From NCBI RefSeq assembly GCF_009914755.1, contig NC_060927.1: a DNA stretch of 64,000 nt; one strand, written 5' to 3'. Both the position numbers and the translations under genes were made by a program. Shown here piece after piece: positions 27,601 through 41,273 of the stretch; the first letter of the stretch is position 1, and every line of letters begins with the position of its first letter. A model generated the notes under the pieces. It was not told the origin of the DNA, searched no databases, and saw nothing but the letters and a program-made list of their open reading frames with translations. The stretch comes from the human T2T-CHM13v2.0 reference genome, Homo sapiens.

Positions 27601-28610
27601 CCCACAGGTCTCAGTTAACAATTAAATTATTTCCGTTGGCATCCGCTTTCAGGCAGGCTGGAGACAGGAGGAGACATTTCTCTCTGTCTCCGGAATGTCT
27701 CCCATCAGAGACATCCCCTGAGCTGACAGAGCTCCCATCTCCCCAGCTCTCCCTCAGGTTCTATCCAAGTCCCTTCTTTTGAAACCCAGAGCCCTTTTCT
27801 AGTGACATGGTGTCTACCTCTGAGAATCTAAACACAGGAAGGCTCCTTGTGAGTCATTTATGGCCACCTGCCCCTCACTTTTCAGGTGGGGAAACTGAGG
27901 CCCTGAGAGGGTATGGGGTGATTCAAAAAGGAAATTGGAAGAGGATGACTTGGATGCAGGCCTCAGGGCTTGCAGGCCTGGGACCTTGCCCCTGCACCCA
28001 TGTTCCCTCAGCTTTGGGCCCTGGTTGGCCCAACCTTGACCTCATGGGCTTGGCTCTGACCTTGCCAGGGAGAGCCCCACAAATGCACCCCTGAAGAGAC
28101 AGGCCTCCTGTTGGGCGTGGTTTTGTATTGGTTTTTCTTTCCACTCCTATGGTGTTTTAGCCATTAACTCAAAAATAGAAACTTTCCCTTTGCAAAGGAG
28201 ACTGGGCGGTCAGGTCACCACCACGCTCCCCCGCCTCCTTCCAGCAAAGGCTGTCCACTCAATGGCTTTGCTTTGGGGTGGGAGGATCCTCCCTTTCCTT
28301 TGTCTCTGCAGACCAAGCCCTGGGCTCAGTCTGCATCCTACCCCAAATAACCACGCCCCGATGGATGCTGGTGTGTGAGGAGGCCACGTGTGCTGTGTAG
28401 GAGACAGATGCTAAAACCGGGCCCCTCCTGAGCCCCAGCGTGTCCCACCCAAAGGCGAGACAGGCCTGGTCTCTTTCCCCAGGCCAGAGTTCAGACCTGG
28501 CTCCCTGCTGTATTTGGGTCTGAGTGTCTTTGTGTGAGCCCAGGGTTCCCAGTGGCTTGGTGGCTGATGTCTCCTCCCCTGTGCCCCTCCCCGTTTTCTT
28601 TCCTTTCTAG

Positions 28611-28723
28611 GTCCTGGCCTGGCCTTCATTGCCTACCCAAAAGCTGTGACAATGATGCCGCTGCCCACATTTTGGTCCATTCTTTTTTTTATTATGCTTC
28701 TCTTGCTTGGACTGGATAGCCAG
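28611..28723 (+). CDS. SLC6A6: Exon 10 (EL4/TM8)
   Basis: tttctag|GTCCT acceptor; [38 protein letters not shown]; CAG|gtgcgt donor; 113 nt. Confidence 0.97.
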
Positions 28724-30784
28724 GTGCGTATAAGGGATGGCCCTGGGGCGACTGCCCCTGTGGGGAACCTGACTCTGGGAAAGACTCCTTATTCCACCTG
28801 GGAGGTGGTCAACCCCCTTCCCCCCTCCAGTCAGACTTCCAGTGCTTCAGCTGTGAGGGTTCCTCCAGGACACCAGGAATAGAAAAAGCTCTGCGTCCCC
28901 AGAAAGTGCATTTGAACAAGATAATTATTTAGCCTAATGGAGTGCAAACAAGACGTGGCATGGCACATTATCTGCTAGCAGAGGGGCATCCAGAGGTTCT
29001 CGGAGTGGGTGGGTTATGACAGGGACAACCAGGGTTTGTGGTTACAGTCAAGCCACAAATGACGAATTGGAGGTCATGACTCAATAAGTCATGATGTGCT
29101 CCAGTGGAGCGTCGGCGGGGCACAGGAGGACATGGCAGATGGGCGATTCGGAGAAGGGACCCACATTTCTGTGTGAGCTGATCATTGTCTGGGCCATCGT
29201 AATAAGTTGCAAGTGCCCAGGAGAAGCCTACGCCACACTCAGGATTCTGTGCTCCCTGGAGCGTGCGAGGGGCTGGGCATTGGCTCCCTCCCGTGCTTTA
29301 TACACCGCACAGGCCGGGAGCCTCGCTCAAACCCGCCCTGACCTCTGGCTGTCCTGGCTTCTCCCCTCCCAAGGCAGGACTCCTGTCTCCACTGAGGTTC
29401 TTTCCTGCACTTCTAAACCCCGTATCCCACCCCTTCAGGGCTCAGGCCTCCACTAGAAGGTGACTCATGGCCAGGGAATGCCAGTGAGAGCCGATGAGTG
29501 GCTGCATCTGGCTGTAGAGTAGCCAGTGCCTAGTGTGGGGTAGTCAGCAGTGCTCGGAGGACAATTCACTTGAGCTCCTGGGCCCCTTTCCCTGGAAATA
29601 GGTGTATTTTTGACAGGGTCTTGTTGAAACAACAGTTCAGAGCACAGGCATGACTCCAGGAGTAGGGATTTATGGCATGTGGGACAGGCTGGTTGTGTGC
29701 CCAGCCCAGCATGAGCCCCTCAGGCAGCGCCATGCACATGGGCCACTGAGAAGCAGGTAGGATGTAGACTGTGTAGTCTGGGTCTGGAGGTCTGAATGCC
29801 TCTTGGGAAGCCTTTGAGCAACTGAGACCCCCTGAGAGGTTGGAGCTTGCAGCCAGGGCGGGAGAACCCTTTGTCCCCCTCCCCGCGGGCCGAAGTCTTC
29901 AGAGTCATTGTCCCAAGTGGGTCCCCAGAACCTGGTAGGGGAAAAGTCTCTGAAGGTCAAGCAGAGGAGGGTGAGTCCAGGGAGAGGAGGCGGCCAGCCA
30001 GCAAGGTCAAGAGCAGAGCAGGGGATTTGGCAGAGAAGGGGGCAGGATTAGCAGAGAAGACAGAACGAAAACATCAGGGAGACGGAAAACAAAATACTTC
30101 TGCAGTTGTTGATAGACTTGAGCTGAATAAACAAGCAGGAGGACTCCATTAATCATTCCTAGTTAATGAGTTTGGCCTTCAGAGGCCCCAAGCAAATGGC
30201 TTTTATAACTTCTTCCAGAGCTCTAAGTGAAAGAAAAAAACAAAAACAGAGGTTAATAAATGACAAGGCATGACATCTTCATGGGCCCAAAATAGGCCAC
30301 TTGGGCTTTGGAAACGGCTCCCTGAGCAGGTGGAGGTGGTCACTCATTAGATTTTCTCCCCAGGAAGTGGGGCCTGGTGGAGGACACGCATCTCTCAGGG
30401 AGGCCCCGTGTCAGTGGCACACGGAGAGAATCTGGTGGGCTCTCACAGCCACTCCTCCTACTTTGCAGAGCGAGGAACTCAAGGCTCAGAGCAGTTAGAT
30501 GACCTGCCAGGGACAAGGGTAGAAATCGAACCTAAGTCACTGGTCTCCCAGGCCCCATGTCCCAGGGAACCAGGATGGGAATCTGATCGCACAGGTGGGG
30601 CTTCCTCCTTTGCATCTCTTTGCTTTGTGAACTTGGGGAAATGGGGAAGGTTTTGCAGATGCCAGCAGTGTGCCTCACCCACTGCCAGCACTGTGACAGG
30701 ATCAGAGCCCTCTGCCGTAAGAGGTGTTCCCTGGGTGCCGGTCCTCATGGCAGGCTTCTGTGTGTGCGTGTGTTTGGGGTGACC

Positions 30785-30940
30785 ACACATTTACCATCTA
30801 AACCAGGTTTAAGTGCACAGTTCAGTGGCATTAGTACCTTCAGACATTGCGCGGCCATCACCACCGTCCGTCTCCAGAACTTTTTCCTCTTCCCAAATGG
30901 AGCCTCTGTCCCCATTCAACACTGACTCCTAACTCCCCAG
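30785..30940 (-). mobile_element. L1M 3' fragment
   Basis: tttaagtgcacagttcagtggcattagtaccttca...ctccagaactttttcctcttccc. Confidence 0.7.
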
Positions 30941-31369
30941 TTTGCCCTCCTGCCGGCCCCGCACCTGGCTTTTTGTACATGAACTCCTTAAGCTGCAGTG
31001 TTGCAATGCCTGGGTACTATTTTTACCCTTCTTATAGCTGAGGAAACTGAGACTTAGAGAGACCAAGAACTTAGCCAAGGCTCCACACAGCTAGTGAAGG
31101 GCTTGATACCAGGTCTGCCTGTCTGCAGAAACTGTCTCTTACCTGCTAGTTTGTCCCAACTGGCCTTCCCCTTGAATTCCCCCAAAATAACTTCCTCCTG
31201 TTGGAAGTATGGAGATCTACAGCCCAGAGGCAGAGGCCTCCCGCTGATGTTATTGCGTCCTGGGCAAGGGAGCAGGGGGTGTCACCCTGACTCATCAGGG
31301 GTTCCTACCATTGGCGGGAACAGTCCGTCTGGCCTAAGAGCCATCATACTGCTGCGCCTTTCTTGGTGA

Positions 31370-31753
<384 letters not shown>

Positions 31754-33610
31754 TAACAAATTGTGAGAGGAGATGAGAGTTGGAACCCACTCCTCCTGCA
31801 ACCAAAGAGCTCACCCAGCCCGCTGACATGGGTTAACAGTTATCTCCCACTTGCAGATTTACTCTAATAATTTCAAATCTTTCTCAACATCCCTGCCAAG
31901 TGGGCAAGATCCTCCCATTTCACGGAGAGGCAAGTGAGGCTCGGAGAAGCCAATCACACAGCTGTTAAGCGACGGAGGGCTGAAGAGGCTGGTGGAGAAG
32001 GGCAGTGTTCTCTGGAAGCGGCAGGAACTGAGAAATGGGGGTTTGTGCTGGTCTTGGCCCTGATTCACAGCGACACTGACCTTCCTGTCTTTAATTTCCC
32101 CATCTCAAAAAAGGAAAGAACCTTTGTTTTTAGCTCCTTTTGAAGCTTAAGTGTTTGAGCTGCCGGTTTGCTATAATTCGGTGGCAATTTAGGTTCAAAA
32201 CCCCTGCGGCAGACACATGAGTCAGAGGTCAAAAAAGCAGCCTCTTCTCTTGGATCCCTCTTGAGAGCCTCCTGCTCGTCTTTTCCCTTATTCCTGGTGG
32301 CAGTCTCATCTCTCCAGCCCTTGTCAGCACATGAAAGGGATTTCTCCCCGTTTGTGTTCCTTCCCTGGATTTTCCTGCAATGCGTCCCAAAGGAGGAAGG
32401 GGTTAGATTTCTCTGGTAGGAATGCTGGGGAAACGTCCTTCCCAAAAGCCTCGTTCAGATGAAAGGACATCTGGGTCCAGGTTGAATAAGCTCTTCAACT
32501 TTTGAAGGAATCAGATAGGCCTTGGAGGGTGTGTTGGTTGGCAGGGAAGTTTGGGTGTAGCCATCCAAATTTAAAGTGCTGCTGTGTGCTCTTTAACCCC
32601 AAAGCTTCTCTTTTAAGACTGTGCTACATGCACAGATGCCTGCACACAGGAGGAGAGGAAGAGCTGAGTCTGGAGACCATCAGCTGGGCATTAGATCAAT
32701 GGCGATGCCTACCCACAGGGTGGAGTTTTATCAATTAAAAAATGAGGCAGCTTTCTGTGTAATGATGTGGAACAACCCCCAAGATAAATGGTTAGGCACG
32801 AGATGGAAAGGTTTAGAAAGACTGAGAATTCCCCTGAAATGTTACCTACAGAGGGGCCTTTTCCAACCAGCTTCTTTTCCTTTGGGAGCCCAGGAAGGGG
32901 TTCCTGGAGTCCCAGGCAGCACACACAGCGTGTGTGCGCACATGCAAAGTCCTCTCATGGGCTTGTGATCCCCAAAGGATTGAAAGCCACTGTGTGAATC
33001 TGACCTGAACTGCCTGCCATTCCACTGATGGGGAAACTGAGGCTCAGACTTCCCCTGACCTGCCAAGCAAGTTGGTGCTAAGGTCCACCCATTCATCACA
33101 TTTTCTGAGCAGCCAATGTGTCTGGCAGGGCTCGGCATTCGAGGCCCAAAAGTGAATGTGATACCACCCTTATCTTCCACGAGGATGGAGATCAGTGAGG
33201 GAGGTTGTCATGGCAACACATATATGCCCCTGAATGTGCCAGGACAGAGGGTCAGCATTGGCTTCAGAGGCGCAGTTGTTCTCAAGCTCAGCTTTGGAGG
33301 ATGGGGAAAGGCATTCTGGTGGCAGGAACAGCCTGAGAGAAGATGCAGAGGTGTGGAATATTTGGCCAGCTCGGTGTGGACCACCGAATGTTGCGTTGTC
33401 TGGCTCCGAGGAGTGGCAGGCGGGACTCCCCAGGCACAGTCAGGGAGGCCAGGCTTCCACACTTGGACTTGATCTCACAGGCCAATTCTGGACACAAGGA
33501 TGGTCACGTCTGCTCCTGCATTGTGTGTTCCTGGGCCCTTCCCTCCGAGCAGCAGGCAAGGGTGGCCTGAGCGTCAGCCGCTCACCAGCTCTCTCTCTTC
33601 CCCTCCTCAG

Positions 33611-33748
33611 TTTGTTGAAGTTGAAGGACAGATCACATCCTTGGTTGATCTTTACCCATCCTTCCTAAGGAAGGGTTATCGTCGGGAAATCTTCATCGCC
33701 TTCGTGTGTAGCATCAGCTACCTGCTGGGGCTGACGATGGTGACGGAG
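33611..33748 (+). CDS. SLC6A6: Exon 11 (TM8-TM9)
   Basis: ctcctcag|TTT acceptor; [46 protein letters not shown]; GAG|gtaggt donor; 138 nt. Confidence 0.97.
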
Positions 33749-34871
33749 GTAGGTGGCTCTCTCAGCTGTGTTTCAGGCTTGGTGCTCCAGTGCCCTCCTC
33801 AAGGCCATAGTGGAGGCAGCAGCTGGGTGAGAGGGCCAGGTAGGGGCTTCATCTCCCAGCCCCACCCAATTCAGGGGTCCTGCTTGGACCAACACTGGGG
33901 GTAGCACGAGGGGGCTCAGGAGCCCACAGCTGACCCAAACTACCCAATTATTTTGCCTGTTGCTGTGGCAACACTGTGACCACCCGCTGCCCTCTGTCCT
34001 GGGAAGAGGATCTTCAGCTGAAATCCATTTCACAACATCTCTGTTCACCCCTGACTGTGTGCCCTTCTCAGGCCTGGGGGTGGGGTGGAGACATTCTCAA
34101 GGGTAAACGCAGGCCTCCCAGGAAATACCACAGCACCACGTAGAGGTGCACCACCTTGCAGGTCACCTGCCACAGGACCGAGTCCTGGTGGGTATGGGTT
34201 GATAGGGGGCACATACACTATTCAGAGGGTGAGCAGGGGCCAGGAGGAGGGGCGATTTCAGATGCAGACAAGGGAAGCAAAGAGCAGAAGGGAACGGGAA
34301 CGTCTAAGACGTGTCTAGCAAGAGGCAAGCCAGATGAGATAAAGATTGTACTAAGAATGGAAGCCTAGCATCAAAGCCAGGGCACGCTCTCTCCTGCATG
34401 CCCCCCCCCACCACCTCCCCTGTTCCCCAGGAACGGGTCCCATTTAACAGTTCTCCGAAAACCCAATTCAGGGCTTCACTTCACCATTTTTCCTTACCAG
34501 AAGTAAAAGTGTTTTTCTGGAGGTATTTGTAAGAACCCCCACCCCAGAAGTCAGATTTTAGGGCCACTCACTGAGCAGCTGGGTGACCCTGGAGTCTTCT
34601 CTGTCAGCTGCACTTGGTGTGAAGCACCTCCTTGGGAAGCAGGCTCCCGTGGACCCATCATTTTGCTTTCATTTATCTGTATGTGTGTTTTTAATTACAT
34701 TTGTCAAACATGAAGTTGAGCATCTTTTTGTATATTTATCTGGTCATCAGAGTCTTTGTCCATTTTTCTCTTGGGTTTTTTTTATCTTATTGATATGCCA
34801 GAGCTCTTTGTATATGAAAGAAATTGGAGACCAGGTAGGAAATCGACCTTCTGTGGTTTTTTTCTTCACAG

Positions 34872-34974
34872 GGTGGCATGTATGTGTTTCAGCTCTTTGA
34901 CTACTATGCAGCTAGCGGTGTATGCCTTTTGTGGGTTGCATTCTTTGAATGTTTTGTTATTGCCTGGATATATG
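34872..34974 (+). CDS. SLC6A6: Exon 12 (TM10)
   Basis: ttcacag|GGT acceptor; [34 protein letters not shown]; G|gtgagt donor; 103 nt. Confidence 0.97.
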
Positions 34975-35490
34975 GTGAGTACAGATTTTTTCATGTCCTT
35001 TCTCAAGGCTCTCCTTTGGGCTTCTCTACTTAGAAGCTTCAGAAGCAGAGAATACTAACAGGAATTCAATTTGAGTTGAACAGTAGGCCCTCCCTACCTA
35101 GACTACACAAATAATCTCACTGTAGCCACACTGAAGATCCTCCTGGTGCTAAAGGTGTGAGGTGTGACTGGATGTTTTCACAGATTCAGAACTTGGTTGT
35201 GCAGGACCTGGAATACTCCTTTTTTATCTCCTTGAGGCCTTGGGTTTGAGTTTGGGCTGTGCCTAAGATTGCACACCTAGGGTTTGGAGTGTGCCTCAGA
35301 TTGCCAGAAAAATACAAGATGCAGAGTTATATTTGAATTTCATGTAAATGTCTGTTTTTGCCACACTTGTATATCCATGGTGTGGAGATGCAGAGGCCTG
35401 GATCAGGTCCCAGAGACCCCACTCATGGCCCCTGAGCTGCTGCTGGCCTTGAACGCTCTGTCAGAAAATGTCCCCCTCTGTCTCTTGCAG

Positions 35491-35591
35491 GAGGTGATAA
35501 CCTTTATGATGGTATTGAGGACATGATTGGCTATCGGCCCGGGCCCTGGATGAAGTACAGCTGGGCTGTGATCACTCCAGTTCTCTGTGTT
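35491..35591 (+). CDS. SLC6A6: Exon 13 (TM11)
   Basis: cttgcag|GAGGT acceptor; [33 protein letters not shown]; GTT|gtgagt donor; 101 nt. Confidence 0.96.
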
Positions 35592-38077
35592 GTGAGTTCC
35601 ATTTCTGTGGCTCTGGCTGGTGGCCTCTTCTCCCTGGGGCTTGACATTTTCACCCGCTAAACCATCTTTCATGCAGCATCTGTTCAGCGTGGGCTTATAA
35701 TAAACCCAGCTTCAGCGCTGCCTGGGAGAGGGGAGGAAGGCTGCTCCAGGGAGTTAGCTTGAGTTGAGTTTTGAAGGATAAGTAGGAATTTGTCAGGAGT
35801 AGAAAACAAGAAGGGCATTTCTGGCAGAGGAGCCAGCCTGTGCGGGGCCAAGGCATCCTAAAAGAAGAGGGTGTATCTGGAGCATGTTGAGAAATCCAGG
35901 GGATCCAGAATTGAAAGCACATTCTTTCCCCAAACCTTCCAGAGCGCATGAGCTCTGTTTGGGTCACTGGGGAAGTAGAGGGGCCTTTGGGATATCTAGT
36001 AGAGAGGTCATAGACATTGGAAATGGGGTGTTTCCATGGAGAGGTGGGGGTAGTAGCTTAGAGAGGGGAAGTCCTGGGTTCTCCCAAGGATAGGGAAGCT
36101 TTGGACTCACCCAGGCCCAAGGGTATCAGTGTGCCACGTTGTTCTTCCCACGAGGATGCTCTCGCCCACCATGTTGGAGTTGGCCTTGGCACCTGCCCAT
36201 GCAGTCTGCTTCATGGTCGCACTCCAGGGTGCCAGTGAGTGGAATTCCTCCATGGCAAAGCCGTCAGGGTTTGCAATCACTTGTGATCATTGGAGCTTAT
36301 TGCCAGGGAGACCACATCCATCCTGCCATTCACGGCTCCACTATGGGGAGCACAAATGGCCCAATATTCCTTGGATTTAGGAGACAGGTGCTGAGGACAA
36401 ATAGGCCCTCCCCTCCGTGACCTGCTATCAGGCCAGACTAAGTCAATGTTGCTGTTAACTCATGATATGACCTCAAGCAAGTCACTTCCCTCTGTGAGCC
36501 TCAGTTTCCCCACTTGTAAAACCAGGAGACTGTGAAGGAGGACCCCGGTGGCAGCTGACGACCTTAGACTGTTACTGTTATTTAATATGCATATGAAGCC
36601 TTTTCCTCTGAAGTGCAGACTTTCTCCCACAAAAATAAGTAATGGTAAGAGCCAGTAACCACAACAATTGGTGAGTTTATCTTTGGAGATGAGTTTAGTT
36701 GGCCCACCTGTGTTCTCATCCTGGTTTAATGTTTGCTTGTGGGCAGCTCTTCTCAGCACTCTGACCCTCAGTTTCCTTATCTCTCTCCCTGAGGAGCTGG
36801 ATACGTCAGAGATAGGCTGCATTCCCAGGTGGTGAGATGAGGTCACCCTCATGGAGAGGAATGGGAAACAGGCAGGCACTGGCTGCAAGCTCCTCCTGCT
36901 TGGGAGGGCCCAGGGCAGCATCTCTTGGGACTCACTCATCTGAGCCACAGCCCTACACGTAGGGACGGGAACAACAGCAGGGCCAGACGTGCAGTTGGTG
37001 CCCAGTAAAAGATGCCTGCAGGCTAGTGCTCTCCCTTGCCCATCACCGACTCTGCTTTAGAAAGATGCATCTTCCTGTCAAATCCCAGTTACTAGGTGTT
37101 GAAGAGTTAGGCCATTTTCACATTATGGAACAATCAGAGGCCACCCTGGGCCCTCCTCAGAGATGCTGTCATTCTGACTAGAAGCAGAAGCCCCGGGAGC
37201 CCCGAGCCAGCCTTAGGTGCTCTTCTCACAGGGAAAGGTGGGCTTTGCTCCCTTTAGAGGCACAGGGCTGACCCCACCCCACCATTCATGCATGCTGATG
37301 GCCACTAGCCATTAGCATGGACCCAGGGCTGGGCTGTGGACACCGAACAGGGCAAGGCTCAGGTGCCCAGGCCCCTGCTGCTGGTGGCTCAGAGATAGAC
37401 ATGGAGGGTGGCAGTGGGGGAAGAAAGGCTTTCATCTACGCTGCTAGCACTTATGGTGCACTTGTTGTATGTACCTGGAGCTGCACTGGGTGTTAAAGAA
37501 CTAGGACAAGACACACACATTCCTACTCTCAGACTCACAGTCTGGCAGAACACGTGTGCCCAAGAGATGGTTACAACCACTCGCTTTCTGGAAGGAGAGG
37601 TATGGGTGGTGCCTGGGCAAGTAAGGCAGACCCAGTGGAGCCAAGTTAGGATGAGAAGATGTGGGGGAAAGAGGGCCAGGCAGAGGAAACAGCCCATGCC
37701 AAGACCCAGAGTTCAGTGACAGAGGAGCTAGAAGGAATTCTTCAGGGTGGCTGGAGTGTGGACACGGAGGGAGAGTTGAGGCAGATGAGGGAGGAAGGGG
37801 TACAGCTTCTGCTGACACTCCCGGCTGCACCGAGGAGTTTGGGCTGCATCTGCTGGCACTGGGAGCCACAGAAGGGTTTTGAGCAGGGAAACGACTTACT
37901 GTGTTTTTACCGGGGCGGGGGGGATCCTTATGGCAGCAGAGAGGGGTGTGAGTTCTGAGCCAGTCCTTTCCCAAGGAGAGAGACCCTTCCCTCAGGTTGA
38001 GGCCAGTCCTAGTCCCAGAAGCCCCCCACCCCCCGATGCCCAGGACCCCTCTCCTGACTGCCCCCATCTCTCCGCAG

Positions 38078-38248
38078 GGATGTTTCATCTTCTCGCTCGT
38101 CAAGTACGTACCCCTGACCTACAACAAAACATACGTGTACCCCAACTGGGCCATTGGGCTGGGCTGGAGCCTGGCCCTTTCCTCCATGCTCTGCGTTCCC
38201 TTGGTCATCGTCATCCGCCTCTGCCAGACTGAGGGGCCGTTCCTTGTG
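38078..38248 (+). CDS. SLC6A6: Exon 14 (TM11-TM12)
   Basis: tccgcag|GGA acceptor; [57 protein letters not shown]; GTG|gtaagt donor; 171 nt. Confidence 0.97.
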
Positions 38249-40100
38249 GTAAGTGCTTGGGCCCAGGGCCAGGGGAGGTGGGAGGCGCGAGGCCAAAGGT
38301 GATTGTTGTCAGTTTGCTGCGTGATCTCAGGCAAGTCACCTGCCCTCTCTGAGCCATAGTTCCCTCACCCATCCAGTGGTTCAGCTTATGGGCAGGAGAG
38401 TGCATTGTGGGAAGACGGGAAGCAAGTAGAGTTCACATGGGAGAAGGCTTTATGGAGACATTGGAAGCCGGGCTGTGGGGTGAGGAGGAACTTGCCAGAT
38501 GGAGAATGTGAGAGGGAAGGTGTTCCTGGTGTTGGCAGAGTTGGGGTGGGCAGTGAGGCTGGAGAGGTGACTGTAGCTTTGGATGCCAAGCTAAGAGCTG
38601 GGGCTTTATTCTGGGACCAGTGGGGCCATGTTCCTGAAGCGGTGGGACAAAGCCAGGAGCCTAGGGAGGAAGCCTGAGCCCCACCCAGATGCCTTCTCTT
38701 ATTGAGGAGCCAAATTTAGGATCATCCCAGCCCATGCTGGGGTCTTCTCCGGATCTGTGGCGGCAGCCAGACCTCTGCCTCTGTGCCTGCTGGGGCCTCC
38801 CCTGGCCCCACCTACCTTCAGCCTCCTCTCAGAAATTCCTCCAACAGCCCTGGAGATCCCAGGCCCTGGCAAAGGCCCTACTCTTTCCAAGAAATTCTTT
38901 TCTCAGAATCTCCCTTAACCTTTTGAGCTTGGGCTGGCTCCAAGAGTGCACTGTTTTGTTCTGGGCTGTTTTTATTGTTATTCTCTTTTAAAAATCTGGA
39001 GCCAGGATGTCCTGGGGCCCTGGCTCCCTGCTGGGCTGGGTCCTGTTTCCTCCTGGGCAGGGGAATGGCCTGGAGGTGGTGCTGGTGGCAGGGGAGGGAG
39101 GGGAGACTGAGGAAGCTGGCAGGGCAGGAGGAAATCCTTGAAACTGGGGGGGCCCCTGGGGTTATCCTAGAGCTTTTGACCCATTCTATTTTTTCAGAGG
39201 ACAGAGGGCAGCACCCCAACCAGTCTTTAGCCAGAACGCTAAATGGCCCTATGAGCTGTTAACAGACTGAAATACTGGGCCTGGGGACAGGCAGGGAACA
39301 GTGACTGTCCCGAGCCCTCCAGGTGACCCCACAATACTCCAGGCCAACCCAACCAGAGTTTCCAGAATGTCCTTACTGTCCAGAAGCCAAAGGGTTCATT
39401 AGGGCACAGCAAGGGGTCTCTAAAGGTTCTGATTGGTCTAGGGGTCTCTGCTCTGATTGGTGAGTGCCCAAAGCAATTACATACCATTGGTTCAGGGGGA
39501 CACCCAACAGGTCACTAACTTGGTGTCCTTCAAAGCCTCATTTTAAAATATTGGTCCAGCCCACATTTAGAAGTTTGGGTGGAGTGGGGTTGGCATGGGG
39601 GAAAGAGGTGGGGGAGTGGGTGAGGGCAGGCTTCACCCCACACTGGTACCCCGTCCTCCTGTGCCAGTCTGACTTCACCAAAGGCCCCTCTGAAGGCAGT
39701 TGAGCCACCATCTGTCTGTCTTTCTTTATGTGCCCCTCAGGGGCTCCCACCTGCACAAGTCATCAAGGTGTCCTCCCAGCCATGAGCTTCTCTCTGAGCC
39801 AGGTTCTGGCAAACCCAGATCTCTGTCCCAGGATGGTTCCAGCTCTGCCTGAGCCTCCTGTGTAGGCAGAGCCCCAAGTGGCTGCCTGGGGGTTTGACTC
39901 TCCTCCGCCCTCCCAGGCACAGCCCATTGTATGGATGTGGAGAGGCAAAGTGATGGAGGGAGAGCTGGCAGGTGGCTCAGGTGAGGGAAGTCATGGGGGT
40001 AGGGCTGGGAGCAAACTGGAGAAGGTGCTACAAGGAGGGGACCTGGGCCTGGAGTTGCCAGATCTTGCAGCTTTTCAAGAAAAGATGGAAAACTGGATTT

Positions 40101-40360
40101 AAAAACAAAAAAAATAGAGACAGGGTCTTGCTCCTTTGCCCAGGCTGGAGTGCAGTGGCTCAATCACAGCCTCAAATTCCTGGGCTCAAGCAATCTTCTT
40201 TCCTCAGCCTCCCGAGTAACTTGGACTACAGGCACGTACCACCATGCCTGGCTAATTTTTAATTTTTTTTTTTAAGAGTTAGGGTCTCACTGTGTTGCCC
40301 AGACTGCCTTTAAATCCTGACCTTGAGCGATCCTCCTGCTTCCCAAAGTGCTGGGATTAC
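40101..40360 (-). mobile_element. AluJ-like SINE (5'-truncated)
   Basis: Antisense Alu body 40116-40360; TSD gaaaactgg(a/g)ttt. Confidence 0.88.
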
Positions 40361-41273
40361 CGAAAACTGGGTTTTTAAATGAAATACTGTAGCTTTTAAT
40401 AAGCAGCTTTTAAAAATTTGTAACATACCTAAGTTGAATATAAATGCCTAGAAAGAGGGCTTGTTGTTTTGTTTGTTTGTCTTTCAACTGCTGGCCTATT
40501 CAAGTCTCTGAGTTGACAGTTGGCAAGAGGTGGACTGGGGAGTGGGAGTCTGGTTGAGTCCCAGTTCTGACATGGATTTTCTGGGTATCCTTGGAGAGGG
40601 ACACTCAACCAACTGTGAGGACAAAACTCACCCTGCTCAGGAGTGATCTAGAATTCCCATGCAGCTCCTATCTCTTGGAAGGGCAGCTCAAATGCGAGCA
40701 AGGTTCTCCAAGCCCTTAAGATGTAAACCCTGCTGGGAGGACTGGATGCCTTCAGGAAACTAGGGAAGACCTGTCTCTGCAAGAAGGCAGGAAGTGTAGC
40801 TTATGGGAGGCTGAGGAGTTTGGAGTTTCTCCTTGGGGAAGGTGGGAGCCATGGAGGCTGAAGACAGTTGTCCAACTCAGGGCATACAAATGAGAGGAAC
40901 TCAACTGCTGCTTTGCAAGGCAGAGAAATTAGAGGGAGAGAATCACAGGGAGGCATATTTTAGTTCCATAGAAGAAAAAAAGCACATGAAGGTTGAGTCC
41001 CCCATCCCTGTAGGAACGTAAGCAGGGGTTTGGCCAAGGAAGGAAACCACCAACAGGAATTCCGCCTTGAGTCAGGGCCTAGTGGCACCTTAGGAGCGCC
41101 TTAGTTCAATTCCATTATTTCCAAAAAGGACAAAAACAGGAGATCAGAGAGGGTGTGAGTTTACCAAAAACCAAACAGCACATGAGCCAATTCAGGAGGA
41201 GGCAGATGGCCCTGGCGAAGGGGAGACCAGGCCGCCTGACGTTTCCCCCCTCACTCCTGTCATCCTTCTCCAG

